NCBI GenBank assembly: GCA_963575745.1
Contig: CAUYUJ010000101.1
Span: forward strand, 62,001-118,233
Length of the DNA: 56,233 nt
Origin: Prorocentrum cordatum
Lineage: Eukaryota
Direction of reading: 5' to 3'
Made by a program: the position numbers and the translations under genes. Of this stretch, positions 27,104 through 37,397 are shown in pieces. The number at the start of each line of letters is the position of its first letter. Position 1 is the first letter of the stretch. The notes under the pieces are model-generated. The model had not been told where the DNA came from. It did not search any database and worked only from the letters and a program-made list of their open reading frames with translations.

Positions 27104-30100
27104 GAGAGGGAGGAGAAAAAGGAGGAGGAGGAGGAGGAGGAGGAGGAGGAGCACGAGGGAGGAGGGAGGAGGGAGGAGGGAGGAGAAATGATTTTTCAAC
27201 AAGAATCAATGTTTGTGCCGTCTTTAGTCCCTCCGTGGCTCGCCGCCAAGGCCGCGGCGACCTCGGGCACCAGCGGGCCCAGATCGAGGCACGGCACCTC
27301 CTCCCGCGACCTCGGCGGGCCCTCCTCCTCCTTCTCATCCATCCTCCTCCTCCTCCTTTTCCTCCTCCTCTTCCTCCGCCTCCTCCTCCTCCTCCTCCTC
27401 CTCCGCCTCCTCCTCCTCCTCCTCAACATGTTGTCAAGGTGGACACCCGTAGCTGCGGGAGATGCGAGGTGGTCACAGATATGTTATTATGCATATGTAT
27501 TCTGCTCATCTAGGAATCGGAACAGATGTCCAAAATATCACTTTGGGCTGGACCATATGAGTCGTCATATTCTTCGTCACGAACAGACTGTGACAGGTGT
27601 GATTCGGGGTCTGCACGCATACGGGCTCCCCCAGGTTGCGCTGCAACCCGATCTCCAGCAGCAGACTGATGTGCATTCGGGGGTTGCCCTCGCGCGGGTT
27701 CCCCCAGACTGCTCTCTCCTCATCGTCGGGGGGTGAGTCCAGCAACCCGACCACATCCGCCACACATGTCCCAACGCTCGCTGATTTCGGGCGCCTGGTT
27801 CACAGCGGTGTCTGAAATTGAATTATCCGCGCGCCCTCTGCCTCTCCCCATCCCTAACCCAGCATGACCAGCATATGTTAGGCTGTCGGCATACTATCTA
27901 TATCTCTATATATATGCGTGCAAGGGGCTTGTCTGCAAAACACTGTCACGCTGGTACTGGATGTTGAACGGCCGTGACCGACATGATGTGATTAGTTGCC
28001 TCACCTTTGTTATAAGATCAACAAATATGTGCCAGCACCCATATGTAATAGAGTGTTCAATGATGATTTGTCCATGTATTCCTCATTGTCAATCCGTGTC
28101 TTTAAAGGCGTGGTGCGTAAGGTTTCCAAGCCCGCGTCGTTGCAATTATACTCAGACCTGGTTGTATACTCTGGAGGGGGAAGACGGGTACGACTGCTCA
28201 GCGGATGTGCGAACAAAGGCTTCTGCGAATTTGCGCATGGGAAGAACACTGGGAATGATCGGTGGGAGAAGGAGCCCATCATTGTAACGCGGACCACTTT
28301 GCGGCTCAGTCACATTGGTCTGAAACTTGCTGTGTGCGCCATTTCCAGCAATCGAAATAGTATTGAACACTGAATGCCCCAGAAACTCGTGTAGTGCATG
28401 CGTGGCGCTTTGAAATCACAGGATCTGTGTGCGCCTGTCACGGGAGTCGCCCCCGTCTGGATCTCACCGGGAGCCAACCGCAATCGAGAAGCCTGCCAGC
28501 TCGAGCACGCATGACGTAAAGGTGATGTGGAGGTTGCCAGCCTGCCCCTTCTGCATGGTACCTGTCACCCGTGGGATGAGTAAGGAAGAGGAGGAGGAGG
28601 AGGAGGAGGAGGAGGAGGAGGAGAGGAGGAGGAGGAAGAGGAGGAGGAGGAGGAGGAGGAGGAGGAGGAGGAGGAGGAGGAGGGGAGGTGAGGAGGAGGG
28701 AGGAGGGACCGCCACGGGTCGCGAAATCGAGGGACGCATCGATCGGTCGGCTGCTGTGCGACGATCGGTCGCGGGCGCCTCCCCGGCAGAGGGGCGCCGC
28801 GCCTGGCACCCAGCCTCGATGCCGCGCTGCCCTCGGTGCCCCGTGCGCCCAAAGGCGCGGGGCGCCGATGCCTCCTCCTCCTCCTCCTCCTTCCTCCTCC
28901 TCCTCCTCCTCCTCCTCCTCCTCCTTCTCCCTCCACTTCCTCCTCCTCCGCGATTACACCATATGAATGCTACTCTCCTCTTTCCCCTGGCTCTGTCCGG
29001 AAGAGGTTCGGCCTCCCTCCGCGTACTGTTTTTTACACAGAAGATTCCGGCGAGCTCGTCTTTCATTTGTGCTTTGACATCTCCGCTTCTTTCTGGTCCC
29101 TCCAAATTTTGCTCCTGCTGCAACGCTGACCTCATTTTCGGGCTCCCGCTCGGTCCGAATCGTGCTCCCGCTGCGACGCTGACCTCATTTCCGCGCTTCT
29201 GCTCATTCCGAATCGTGCTCCCGCTGCAGCGTAGGCCTCATTTCCGCGCTCCTGCTCGCTCCGAATCGTGCTCCCGCTGCAGCACTGGCCTCATTTCCAG
29301 TGCCATGCTATGGCATGCAATGCAATTCTATGGTGTGTTCGGCTGTGCGATGCCATGCCTTCAGCTGCAATGCTATGACATGCAGTGCTTAACTACGCAC
29401 TGCCACGCCATACTATGTCATGCTACGCGTTGATCTTCAACGCCCTGTTATGCCAGGTCATGCTATGCCATGCTACGGCATCGGGCTGCGCGAATAGAGG
29501 GAAGAAATAGGCCATGGTAAGGGATGGGAGGGAGGGGTAGGACGTCAGATACGACGTTTGCAAACCTAGCTTGTCATCGTCCCCCTCCTCCTCCTCCTCC
29601 TCCTCCTCCTCCTCCTCCTCCTCCTCCTTCTCCTCCTCCTCTCCTCCCCTCTCTCCTTCTCCTCCGCCTCCTCCTCCTCCTCCTCTCCTCCTCCCCTCCT
29701 CCTCCCCCTCCTCCTCCTCCTCCTCCTCCTCCTCCTCCTCCTCCTCCTCCTCCTCCTCCTCCTCCTCCTCCTCCTCCTCCTCCTCCTCCTCCTCCGCCTC
29801 CCAAGACCTCGGCGGGCCCTCCGGCGGGCCGCCCCGCAGCGCACCCTCCTCGGCCTCGCGCCGCGGGCGCTTCATCGCCCCTTGGGCAGCCCCGCCCTCC
29901 AGCGAAAGGGAAAAGGTCCACGGCGACGACGAAGAGAGGGGAGAAGAGGAGGAGGAGAAGGAGGAGGAGGAGGAGGAGGAGGAGGAGGAGAGGGAGAAGG
30001 AGGAGGAGGAGGAGAAGGAGGAGAAGCAGGAGGAGGAGGAGGAGGAGGAGGAGGAGGAGAAGGAGGAGCAGGAGGACGAGGAGACGGAGGAGGAGGAGGA

Positions 30101-30896
30101 TTAGACGGAGGAGGAGGAGGAGGAGGAGGAGGAGGAGGAGGAGGAGGAGGAGCAGGAGGAGGAGGAGGGGGGAGGGGGGGCAGGAGAAAGAGGAGGAGGA
30201 GATGGGCGAGGAGGGCAGCCACTACTGGGGATGATGGATACAATAGACGGCATGATACCAGAAATTGACAATACTATCCCACGACATCCACGACGGCTAC
30301 CTTCGGAACCTCAGCCACCGCAGAAGGAGAATTGCTGAGGGATAGCTTGCATTATCTCACCTCCAGTCTGCGGTACCAAGGCTCCTCCTGCTTCGTCATT
30401 GTTCGTCTTTCCACTCCTCTCACCCTTCCCGCTCCTTATGCACGTGGGCCTCCTCTCCCCCCTCAGGGGTCGAGCCACACTGACTGCTGGGGACAGCTGA
30501 GGCCCTGTTCCTCCGCTTGCGGAGGCATAGGACCTCAGTCTTCGCCTCTTTCGGTGAGATGCTCCCCCTGCTCCCTCCTCCTTCTTCCCCGGGTAGTTCT
30601 ACCAGAGTCCGTGCCGCCTCGACCTGCGGCTTCGGCGCCGCGCGGCGGGCCGCCCCGGCCTTCGCAGCCGCGGCGGCAGCGCACCCGAGGCCGAGCCGGC
30701 CCAGAACGCAGGCGCCGCACGGGGCAGGCGCCGTGGAGGACGTGGAACGGCCCGCGCTGCCAGCGGCCGGGGGCGCCGTCGCCGGGGCCGAACGCGCGTG
30801 CACAGCCCCCGGCACGAGTGCGCACGCGCCAGTGGCGAGTGCGAGCAAGGCGGCGATGCGAGCGCAAGCACCGCGGCTTTCGGGCCCGACGCGCAT
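8290..30896 (-). CDS. 11-exon TauD/TfdA-family (clavaminate synthase-like) Fe(II)/2-oxoglutarate dioxygenase, about 438 aa, probable plastid presequence
   Basis: Exons 30896-30624, 29896-29808, 27310-27240, 26593-26517, 25226-25135, 24945-24882, 23967-23814, 19141-19005, 11720-11565, 11406-11315 and 8401-8290 join in frame (1317 nt). Family motifs appear in the correct order: ESFPL..ELAGGCGAVLLR, FLGLCSHLGRPVTQ, RGYRNAQEQRLHVD (HxD), DVLAMLCVRPARGGGVSKLAS, LGAGEAYLIDNYRWLHARTAF (distal His), RLFFRLWL. The link of exons 1-2 is less certain than the catalytic exons. Confidence 0.85.
11315..11406 (-). CDS. dioxygenase exon 10
   Basis: VAASLEALGEVCSDPAVVQHWELGAGEAYL(I); AG|G acceptor, GA donor. 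Confidence 0.88.
11416..11556. mobile_element. repeat family C copy filling almost all of intron 9
   Basis: Homologous along its length to 19255-19403 and 24454-24605 (GGGGCCC..GGACACACA..GGATyCCCCACAT..GGGAATCGACGA..TGTGTCTGTG..TTTCCC). Confidence 0.7.
11565..11720 (-). CDS. dioxygenase exon 9
   Basis: VEYHPDWRQPPTGEEERPLVFHDGRGRACVQYAKNMEETIGAAYAGTPREAE; AG|GT at both ends. Confidence 0.85.
12310..12513. mobile_element. MITE/foldback with about 44-bp TIR in intron 8
   Basis: ACGCCCGACATGGGTACGGAAAAAAAGGGGTACAATGCCCAACA versus the reverse complement of the right end, ACGCCCGAAGTGGGTACGGAAAGAGTGGGTACAATGCCCAACA. Confidence 0.75.
12780..18990. repeat. 6.2-kb degenerate (CAT)n field inside intron 8
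   Basis: Directly visible; contains higher-order duplications. Confidence 0.95.
19005..19141 (-). CDS. dioxygenase exon 8
   Basis: MLCVRPARGGGVSKLASAEDIHALLRRDRPELLAALRRGFRYDAAK; AAG|GT donor. Confidence 0.9.
20083..20228. mobile_element. MITE family A, copy 1
   Basis: TIRs (GTTAG)nTCGGGCGTGTCCyCCTACAGG ... CCTGTAGAGGGACGTGCCCGAC(nTAAC) around an A-rich core; five copies in the window. Confidence 0.75.
20490..20945 (+). mobile_element. 3' fragment of a CRE-like non-LTR retrotransposon (restriction-like endonuclease domain), antisense in intron 7
   Basis: EQHVPAWDR..EARLDIR..ILVDWAV..AAAQIVDDKHGRYP..LVPMVFETGGR..IWRDISRTLQQGNAEMIL matches the C-terminal PD-(D/E)xK region typical of CRE-clade LINEs. 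It is followed by an (ACC)n tract. Confidence 0.75.
21822..21981. mobile_element. MITE family A, copy 2
   Basis: GTTAGGTCGGGCATATCC ... CCTATAGAGGGACATGTCCGACTGAAC. Confidence 0.7.
23616..23752. mobile_element. MITE family B (best copy)
   Basis: TIR ACTCGGAGGTCCGCGCGGATTyCTCGGAT (29 nt, 1 mismatch). Related copies at about 12555-12710, 24633-24775, 26626-26770, 43988-44128 and 53960-54075. Confidence 0.75.
23814..23967 (-). CDS. dioxygenase exon 7 (HxD iron ligands)
   Basis: VCARVEVARAPEVLAARHTKRRGYRNAQEQRLHVDSSIPAARGAGVCDVLA; AG|G acceptor, A|GT donor. Confidence 0.88.
24147..24306. mobile_element. MITE family A, copy 3
   Basis: AAGTCGGGCGTGTCCCCCTACAGG ... CCTGTAGAGGGACGGGCCCGACTT. Confidence 0.75.
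24882..24945 (-). CDS. dioxygenase exon 6
   Basis: AFLGLCSHLGRPVTQSVDLGE; AG|G acceptor, AG|GC donor. Confidence 0.85.
25135..25226 (-). CDS. dioxygenase exon 5
   Basis: AARELAGGCGAVLLRFPAAWADELGEGDCQR; AG|G acceptor, AG|GT donor. Confidence 0.85.
25713..25866. mobile_element. MITE family A, copy 4
   Basis: GTTAGGTCGGGCGTGTCCCC ... GGGGACGCGCCCGACTTAAC. Confidence 0.7.
26517..26593 (-). CDS. dioxygenase exon 4
   Basis: RGVPLERLGPESFPLGPRLGACARE (FPL motif); GAG|GC donor. Confidence 0.8.
26951..27066. repeat. hairpin with a perfect 31-bp outer stem in intron 3
   Basis: TCCTCCTCCGAGCAGGAGTCAGTCGGCGGCG (26951-26981) is the exact reverse complement of 27036-27066. Confidence 0.9.
27240..27310 (-). 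CDS. dioxygenase exon 3
   Basis: AG|G acceptor; SREEVPCLDLGPLVPEVAAALAA; 3' boundary ambiguous by a few nt. Confidence 0.75.
29124..29300. repeat. tandem repeat of about 53 bp, 3+ copies
   Basis: CCTCATTTyCG..TCCGAATCGTGCTCCCGCTGC repeated three times. Confidence 0.8.
29808..29896 (-). CDS. dioxygenase exon 2
   Basis: GAG|GGC acceptor, GGAAQGAMKRPRREAEEGALRGGPPEGPPR, AG|GT donor. Its last 15 nt are duplicated at the exon 3 acceptor. Confidence 0.65.
30624..30896 (-). CDS. dioxygenase exon 1 (signal peptide plus transit-peptide-like region)
   Basis: ATG at 30896, about 35 nt downstream of a relic spliced leader. MRVGPESRGACARIAALLALATGACALVPG is followed by an S/T/A-rich stretch, a second hydrophobic stretch and RRAAPK. 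Ends CAG|GT (alternative GAG|GC at 30618). Confidence 0.6.
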
Positions 30897-30930
30897 GGGA
30901 GGCGGGAGGCGGCAGCTGCGGCTGCTCGAG

Positions 30931-30952
30931 CTCGAGCGAAAATGGCTACGGG
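30931..30952 (-). other. relic dinoflagellate spliced leader
   Basis: The minus strand reads CCCGTAGCCATTTTCGCTCGAG versus DinoSL DCCGTAGCCATTTTGGCTCAAG (19 of the last 21 nt match), just upstream of the ATG at 30896. Confidence 0.85.
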
Positions 30953-32656
30953 AGGAGGAGGAGGAGGAGGAGGAGGAGGAGGAGGAGGAGGAGAAGGAGA
31001 TGGGAGGAGGAGGAGGAGGAGGAGGAGGAGGAGGAGGAGGCGGAGACAGGAGACCCAGACATGCTCGCGTCGTGAGAACGATCGGGACTGGGACGGGGGC
31101 TCCGTCGTTGTCGGCCCCTGGGGGCCCTCACCGGGCCCCGGGTCCGTCGTTTTCGGCCTCTGGGGGCCCCCCGGGCCCCGGGCTCGGGATATGAAGCCAG
31201 TCCTGGGAATGGGGTCGGAACTTCGGGGGTCCGCGCATCCAAAAAAATCAGGCCATCTCGTGCCCAAGGCGGAGGCTCTTGGTCGAAACGATCCTGGACG
31301 ACAAACTGGCCCCCAAGGAGTGGTCCACAACTCGGGCACCGTACAATTAGTCTCGACACCGTCAACCCGTAGAATGAGAGCGCACCATCAGGATGCAAGG
31401 GCCTCGGAAGGCCATGTGGACACTTTGCGGGCAGGGCGCGGCCAGCGAGAGTGGCCAGGGATGCGCCGAAGGGGAAGGATGCAAGGGTGGCCCTGGAAAG
31501 TTGCTCATCCTCACTATGCGGGTTGACTGTAGGCTGGCGGCAGGTTGGGTGGGTTCGAGTTTGTCTTCGACCTGGCCCCCCTGCACTCTGCATCTCTCCG
31601 CTATCCGCCTCCAGTCCCGTCGTCGACAACGCGCGTTCGATGCTTCACCGCAGGCACTTTGGCACGAAGAGGCCCCCAGGCACTTTGGCACGAAGAGGCC
31701 CCCAGGCACTTTTGCTCGTTCGATGCTTCACCGCAGGCACTTTAGCACGAAGAGGCCCCCAGGGGGGCGAAGCGCTCAGCCTCGTGTTCGGTTCGCGTGG
31801 CACTCGATGCGGAACGGGTGCGGACATGGGAGCGGCGCCGCCGTGCGAGCGCACCCCCTGAGGCCGCTGGCGGGGCCTCCTCGGAGGGCACGGCTGGCGT
31901 GCAGAGGGTGTGCCGAAGGAAGCGCGGCGCCGCAGTGCGAATGCACTCACCGAGGCCGTCGGGCCGCAGGTGGAGCTCCCTCGGAGGCAGGAGCCAAACC
32001 GAGAGCACGGAAACAAGTCCACGACCAGAGGGCTCCCGGATGGGGCGTGAGCAGATGGAGTTGGAGGATTGCGCCGCATCGCCGACGCATCGACAACGCA
32101 TCGGCGATGCATTGGCGATGCATCGGCGACGTCGGCGGTGCTTCGGCGACGCCGGCGTGGAGAAAATCGGGCTCCACATCGAGCCGCATGGCCGATGCAT
32201 CTACTATGCTGCGCGATTGTCCGACCCCATCTACGGTCGGGAACCTTTGCATAGCATGTCGCGGCGGCGGCCACAGCGACACGCTATGCCCTGCGAGCGG
32301 ATAGCGTGTCGCTCCGCTCCGCGGGGCGGGAGGCTCGGAAAGGCTCAGGACACTGGCGCTTTGAAATGGAGACGTGGATGGTGTGTCGCGCCGAGGGGTG
32401 GTCGGCCAGAACCAGCAGAGCGACACGCTAAGCCAAAGTTCCAGACCGCATCCCCCTAACATTGCCTCTGATCTGCGTGCCGACAGCTTCCGGGTCAAAA
32501 CTCGGATCTCCGGCGGCCGTTCGGGACGATTTTCTGGCACCCCTTGAACTCCCTTGACGAGGAGCAGCTGCTTTTGAAGGCACCCCGAGGCTGGAAAAAG
32601 CCACCGAGAGCCAGCGAAAAGCTGGCCGAAAACCTACCACCTCGGAAGGGAATGCG

Positions 32657-32842
32657 AAAACCCACCCCCACCCCCAATCCCGACCCCATCCCCGAGCCCG
32701 CGATCCAGGGTATCGGGACCGGGGGTGGGGGTGGCTTTTCGGGGCCCATGGATGGAGAAAACGCCCCCACCCCCTAGTCCCGACCCCTTGGAATCGCCGG
32801 CTCGTGGATGGGAGTCGGGACTGGGTGTGGGAGTAGGTTTTC
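32657..32842. repeat. palindrome (foldback) of about 185 bp
   Basis: Arms of about 85 nt are imperfect reverse complements, centred near CCATGG at about 32748. Confidence 0.75.
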
Positions 32843-32935
32843 ACCTTCTGATCGGAGGAAGAAAAAAGAAGAAGAAGAAGAAGAAGAAGAAGACGAAGAG
32901 AAAAAAAAAAACAAAAAAAAAAAAACACAAAAAAA

Positions 32936-33055
<120 letters not shown>

Positions 33056-33859
33056 GGCGTAGCTCCGACGACGACCCCACCTGGGAGGCCCAGGAAGACG
33101 TGGGGAGGTCTGGGGAGGTGGAGAGCAGCCCACTCCCGGGGCGCCCGAGAGCCGGTGCGGGCCTGGGGCCGAGACACGGCTGCGGGCGGGGGGGGAACGA
33201 GCAGGAGGAGGAGGAGGAGGAGGAGAAGCAGGAGGACCAGTGCGAAACCAAGAGTCATCAACGATGTTGGAATAAACCCTCCCTCCAAGCTCCCTCTGCA
33301 CAGGCCCCTACAACGCGTCATTTCCACTGAGAGAAGTGCCTCGCTGGAAGACAACCGTTTGAGAATCTGGAACTGTACCAAACACACTTCATGGGTATTC
33401 AACGCCGCGAATCACCGCGCCTGTTGCATATTGACGATCCTGAATTGTGCCGAATCAACGTGACTGTTGCGCCCTGACTTTCCGACATCGCGCCAAAACA
33501 ACAATTCTGGGACGATAGCCGTGAGAATCCTTGAAACTGCTGGCAACTCTCAAAACGAATGTGCGCGGCGCTTGGGCGAGAGCCACATGTTGAAAAGGAG
33601 CCGCCGTCCATCCGCCGAACTGTTGCGAACCTCAAAACGAATGTGCGCGGGGTTACGGCGAGAGCCACATTCCCCAATTAATCTTGCCTAAGGGGTTCTT
33701 ACTTGATGAAAGGTTGGTGCCTCGGATTTGCACGTTGCCCATTGCTCGGAGGTTCCCAAGGTTTCTCGGGTTCCCCGGGTTCCTCGCCCCTACCTACGTT
33801 GCCCGTTCATCGGAAGTTTCTCGGGTTCCCCAAGTTACCAGGGTTCCCCGCCCCCGCTT

Positions 33860-33990
33860 GCCCCAAGCAATGCCAAGCAATGCCAAGCAACACAAGTCCA
33901 TGCCAAGCAATTCAAAGCCATGTCAAGCAACGCACCCGAATGCCAAGCGATGCCAAGCAATGCCAAGCAACACCAAGCAACGCCAAGTGA
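33860..33990. repeat. 10-bp tandem repeat (GCCAAGCAAT)n
   Basis: Directly visible. Confidence 0.8.
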
Positions 33991-34171
33991 TGCGCCCATG
34001 CAATAAGCATTCCCCTGATTGGGGTCGCGCTGGGTTCGCTAGATGTGAAAATGTTGCTGATATTTTTCCCAACCCTCCTTGGTTGGGTATTCGTTTTGAA
34101 TAGAGCAGTGTGGTCGCGTCCTTCCTCCTCCCGCCTCCCGCCTCCTTCCTGCCTCTTTCTGTCTTGCCTGC

Positions 34172-34700
34172 GGGGGGCTGCGAAACTGTCGCCAGTTTCG
34201 AGGCCTGCTGGGGGGTCCAGCATAGAGGGTAATCGCGGCAGAGCCAAATTAGACCTCGCCATTCCTGGGGGGCTGCGATCTGTGAAACTGTCGCCACTTT
34301 CGAGGCCTGCTGGGGGGCTCAGCATAGAGGGCAATCGCGGCAGATTCAAATTAGACCTCGCCATCCCTGGGGGGGGGGGCTGCGATCTGTGAAACTGTCG
34401 CCACTTTCGAGGCCTGCTGGGGGGTCCAGCATAGAGGGTAATCGCGGCAGAGCCCTGGGGGGCTGCGATCTGTGAAACTGATTCGAGGCCTGCTGGGGGG
34501 CCCAGCACAGTGAGGGCCACGCGCGGATTCAAATTAGACCTCGCCATCCCTGGGGGGCTGCGATCTGCGAAACTGCCGCCATTTTCGAGGCCTGCTGGGG
34601 GGCCCAGCACAGTGAGGGCCACGGGCAGATTCAAATGAGACCTCGCCGTCCCTGCGGGGCTGCGATCTGTGAACCTGTCGCCACTTTCGAGGCCTGCTGT
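34172..34700. repeat. minisatellite with a unit of about 102 bp, about 5.5 copies
   Basis: GAGGCCTGCTG recurs at about 34200, 34302, 34409, 34485, 34587 and 34689. Confidence 0.85.
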
Positions 34701-35013
34701 GATCCCCGTTTTCGAAGTGGCTAGGAGTGCTCAGGAATTGTAAATCATCAGCTTTATCAAGCCCTTTTCCTGTAGCCAGTGTCCTGCGAGTCTCCCGAAT
34801 TCCGTCTGCAGACATATGTAACCCTCGCTCCGTCATCGCCCCCTTAAAAAGTATCCTAAACTATTTGCGCCCCGCTTTTGCGCAGGGGTTGGGTACGTCG
34901 CCAGGGTAATTTAATTCTAAATAAACAAATAAATGTGTATATATATATATGTATGAATTTATTTTTTATTTTTTTTTTTTTTTAAAAAAAGGTTTTTTTT
35001 ATATTTGTTTTTG

Positions 35014-35142
<129 letters not shown>

Positions 35143-35744
35143 GAGCGTGCGCGGCGCTGGGGCGAGCGCCACATATTGAAAACGGCATGTCCTCCATCCG
35201 CGAAGCTCTCTCAAACTTGAAAGCGAATATATGCGCGGCGCGCGAAGGCTAGAGCCCTCCAAACCCGTGAAACTGCTGCAAATTTCAGGCTAGAGAACCA
35301 GATAGTGAGGAAGTCCCAAGCGAAACACCCAGTCCGCCCTGCCGACACGCATGTGGGGGCGCAACAGGGAGGAGCTGTTGATCAGGAAGAGGGATGGAGA
35401 AGGAGGAGGGAGGACGAGGAGGAGGAGGAGGAGAAGGAGGAGCGAGGAGGAGGAAAAGGAGGAAAGCGAGGACAGGGAGGAGGAGGGAGGAGGACGAGGA
35501 GGAGGAGGAGGAGGAGGAGGAGGAGAAGGGACGGCCAGGGACATTGGTGGGGCCTGGCGACTGCCAGGCTGCGGAAGGCCCTCGCAATGCCAGCGGGGCT
35601 GCCATGTCCGCGGGCGGCGAGGACCAAGGAGGAGCGCACCGTGCCCTGGCGCAGCAGGTCGGAACTGTTCGCCGAACCTTCGGTGGCGGCGGCGGCGGCG
35701 GCGGCGGCGGCCGCGGGCCCGCGGCGCGGGAGGCGCAGGCTTCT

Positions 35745-37320
35745 TTGACTCAGAAGCCTTGATGTGCTCAACGAGCTCGTCGAAGTCAATGTAGTCGACG
35801 TCTACGTGCCTGACGGCGTGGCACATTGTGTACATGATAACGAGGAATTCGAAGACTCGATCGTGATCTAGAGGGCGCAGCCCCAGACTGTCAAGCCGAT
35901 GGACAGAGAGGTCTGCCACTGGAATATGGAGGGCACGCCGAAGGGCACGCCAGAGTGCAGGACAAGCAAGAGAATGTTTCGAACGACATTTATCATGTAT
36001 ACATCCGAAATAAAGCTGCGTCTGCCTCTATCACCAAAAAAATCCGCCACGACGTCATCCAGGCATTGCCCCAGCTCCTCAGAATGGGCCAAGACCACTA
36101 GGCAGGTAAACTATCTAGGCGCACCCTGAGCTCATCCCAGTCAGTGTTCAGAATCAGCACATCGTATTGAAGCCACCAGTTGCGAAGTTGGCGAGCTGCC
36201 CACAAGGGTATCGTGGAGGGAGACGACATCATGTTCACCAGCTCAGTATGGATCGCTCTTTGGCACTTACACTTGCGAATATTATCAGGGATACTCAAAT
36301 CATGGCGGATCTCGTGCGTCTAGGAAAACTCTGCATCAACCAACAGTTGCCCAATAGCTTTCCTACCAGCACGTAGGAGAGATGGCGTCATCAATCCAGA
36401 GCATGGTATACAGGCGCGAACAGCATGCAATATGTCCGCCAAGCTAGGTACCTTCCCAAATCTAAGGGACAGCTCAAACACAGGGCCACCCCTCGACAAA
36501 CTCACAATAGAATCGAAATAAGATGCTCGGATACATCAGACACGACTTGGGCACAAAGCGACTCAACAGATTCCCAAATGTAACCCAAGAAGCACGGATG
36601 AGGGCTGCCGACGCCGCGAATTGCCACGTCGCGATACGAGGCCCACCCCAATCGCGGAGCCTCAGGAGCTGCTCTGGCTGGAGAGCTCCGAGGGGAAGAC
36701 GTAGTGCGGAGGCCACAAGCCCCAGCTCACGGTGGCGAAGATCAGCCGCCAGCGGAACCAGCTGACACACATAGGAGAGACAAGAAGGGTACCGAGAGGA
36801 ATAGTGGTACGCAAGGGCAGGGGCAGGGGCCGTGCCACGACCCAGGGCTAACCCACAAGAGATGACCTTCTGGACGGGCTCGCGAAACTGTAGATGGTCA
36901 CCGGCTGCGGTCCCAAGCCACAGTCCAAGGTACTTCAAAGCCTCCACCACTTGAAAGTCTTGCCATGCAGGGACTTCAGCAAGGAGGCGTTGTTGGACTG
37001 CAATCTACAATTCAGCCGAGAATTCGTCCAAGAGAGGAGTAATACTACATGTCGCAGGTTTGAGACACAGCGTCGCCACACGTTCAGCAATACCCAGCAC
37101 TCTCGAGACAACCTTGAGAAACTTGATGGGTTTCAATGCACCTACGATGTCATCAGCACACCACCGCACCATGCCACGAAGCTTAGAATCAACAGAGCTG
37201 ATCAGATCTTGTGCAAATGGAGTCGTCGCAATAGCAAAGAAGGGACCCCGACATCGGGCATCCCTGCACGATGCCCAAGGGCATGACAAAAACAGGAACC
37301 AACTGGCTATGCATCAGCAT
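35745..37320 (-). mobile_element. decayed, 5'-truncated L1-like non-LTR retrotransposon (RT and C-terminal region)
   Basis: GIVQGCPMSG, then a frameshift, WCADDIVG, LCLKPATC, an in-frame stop at about 37005, ALKYLGLWLG and CLSYVCQL. These are RT motifs in the correct order, with further broken frames down to about 35745. Confidence 0.85.
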
Positions 37321-37397
37321 GTAGCCGAGCACGGGAGGAGGAAGAGGAAGGGGAGGAGGAGGAGGAGAGGGAGGAGGAGCAGGAGAAGGAGGAGGAG

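Noticed and set aside
27430..28400. AT-richer unique block in intron 2 as an LTR retrotransposon or gene remnant
   Set aside because: No RT, integrase or RNase H motif was recognisable in any frame.
28770..28870. Extra dioxygenase exon between exons 2 and 3
   Set aside because: It is not needed for the frame, has no family similarity, and the 18-bp boundary repeat links exon 2 directly to exon 3.
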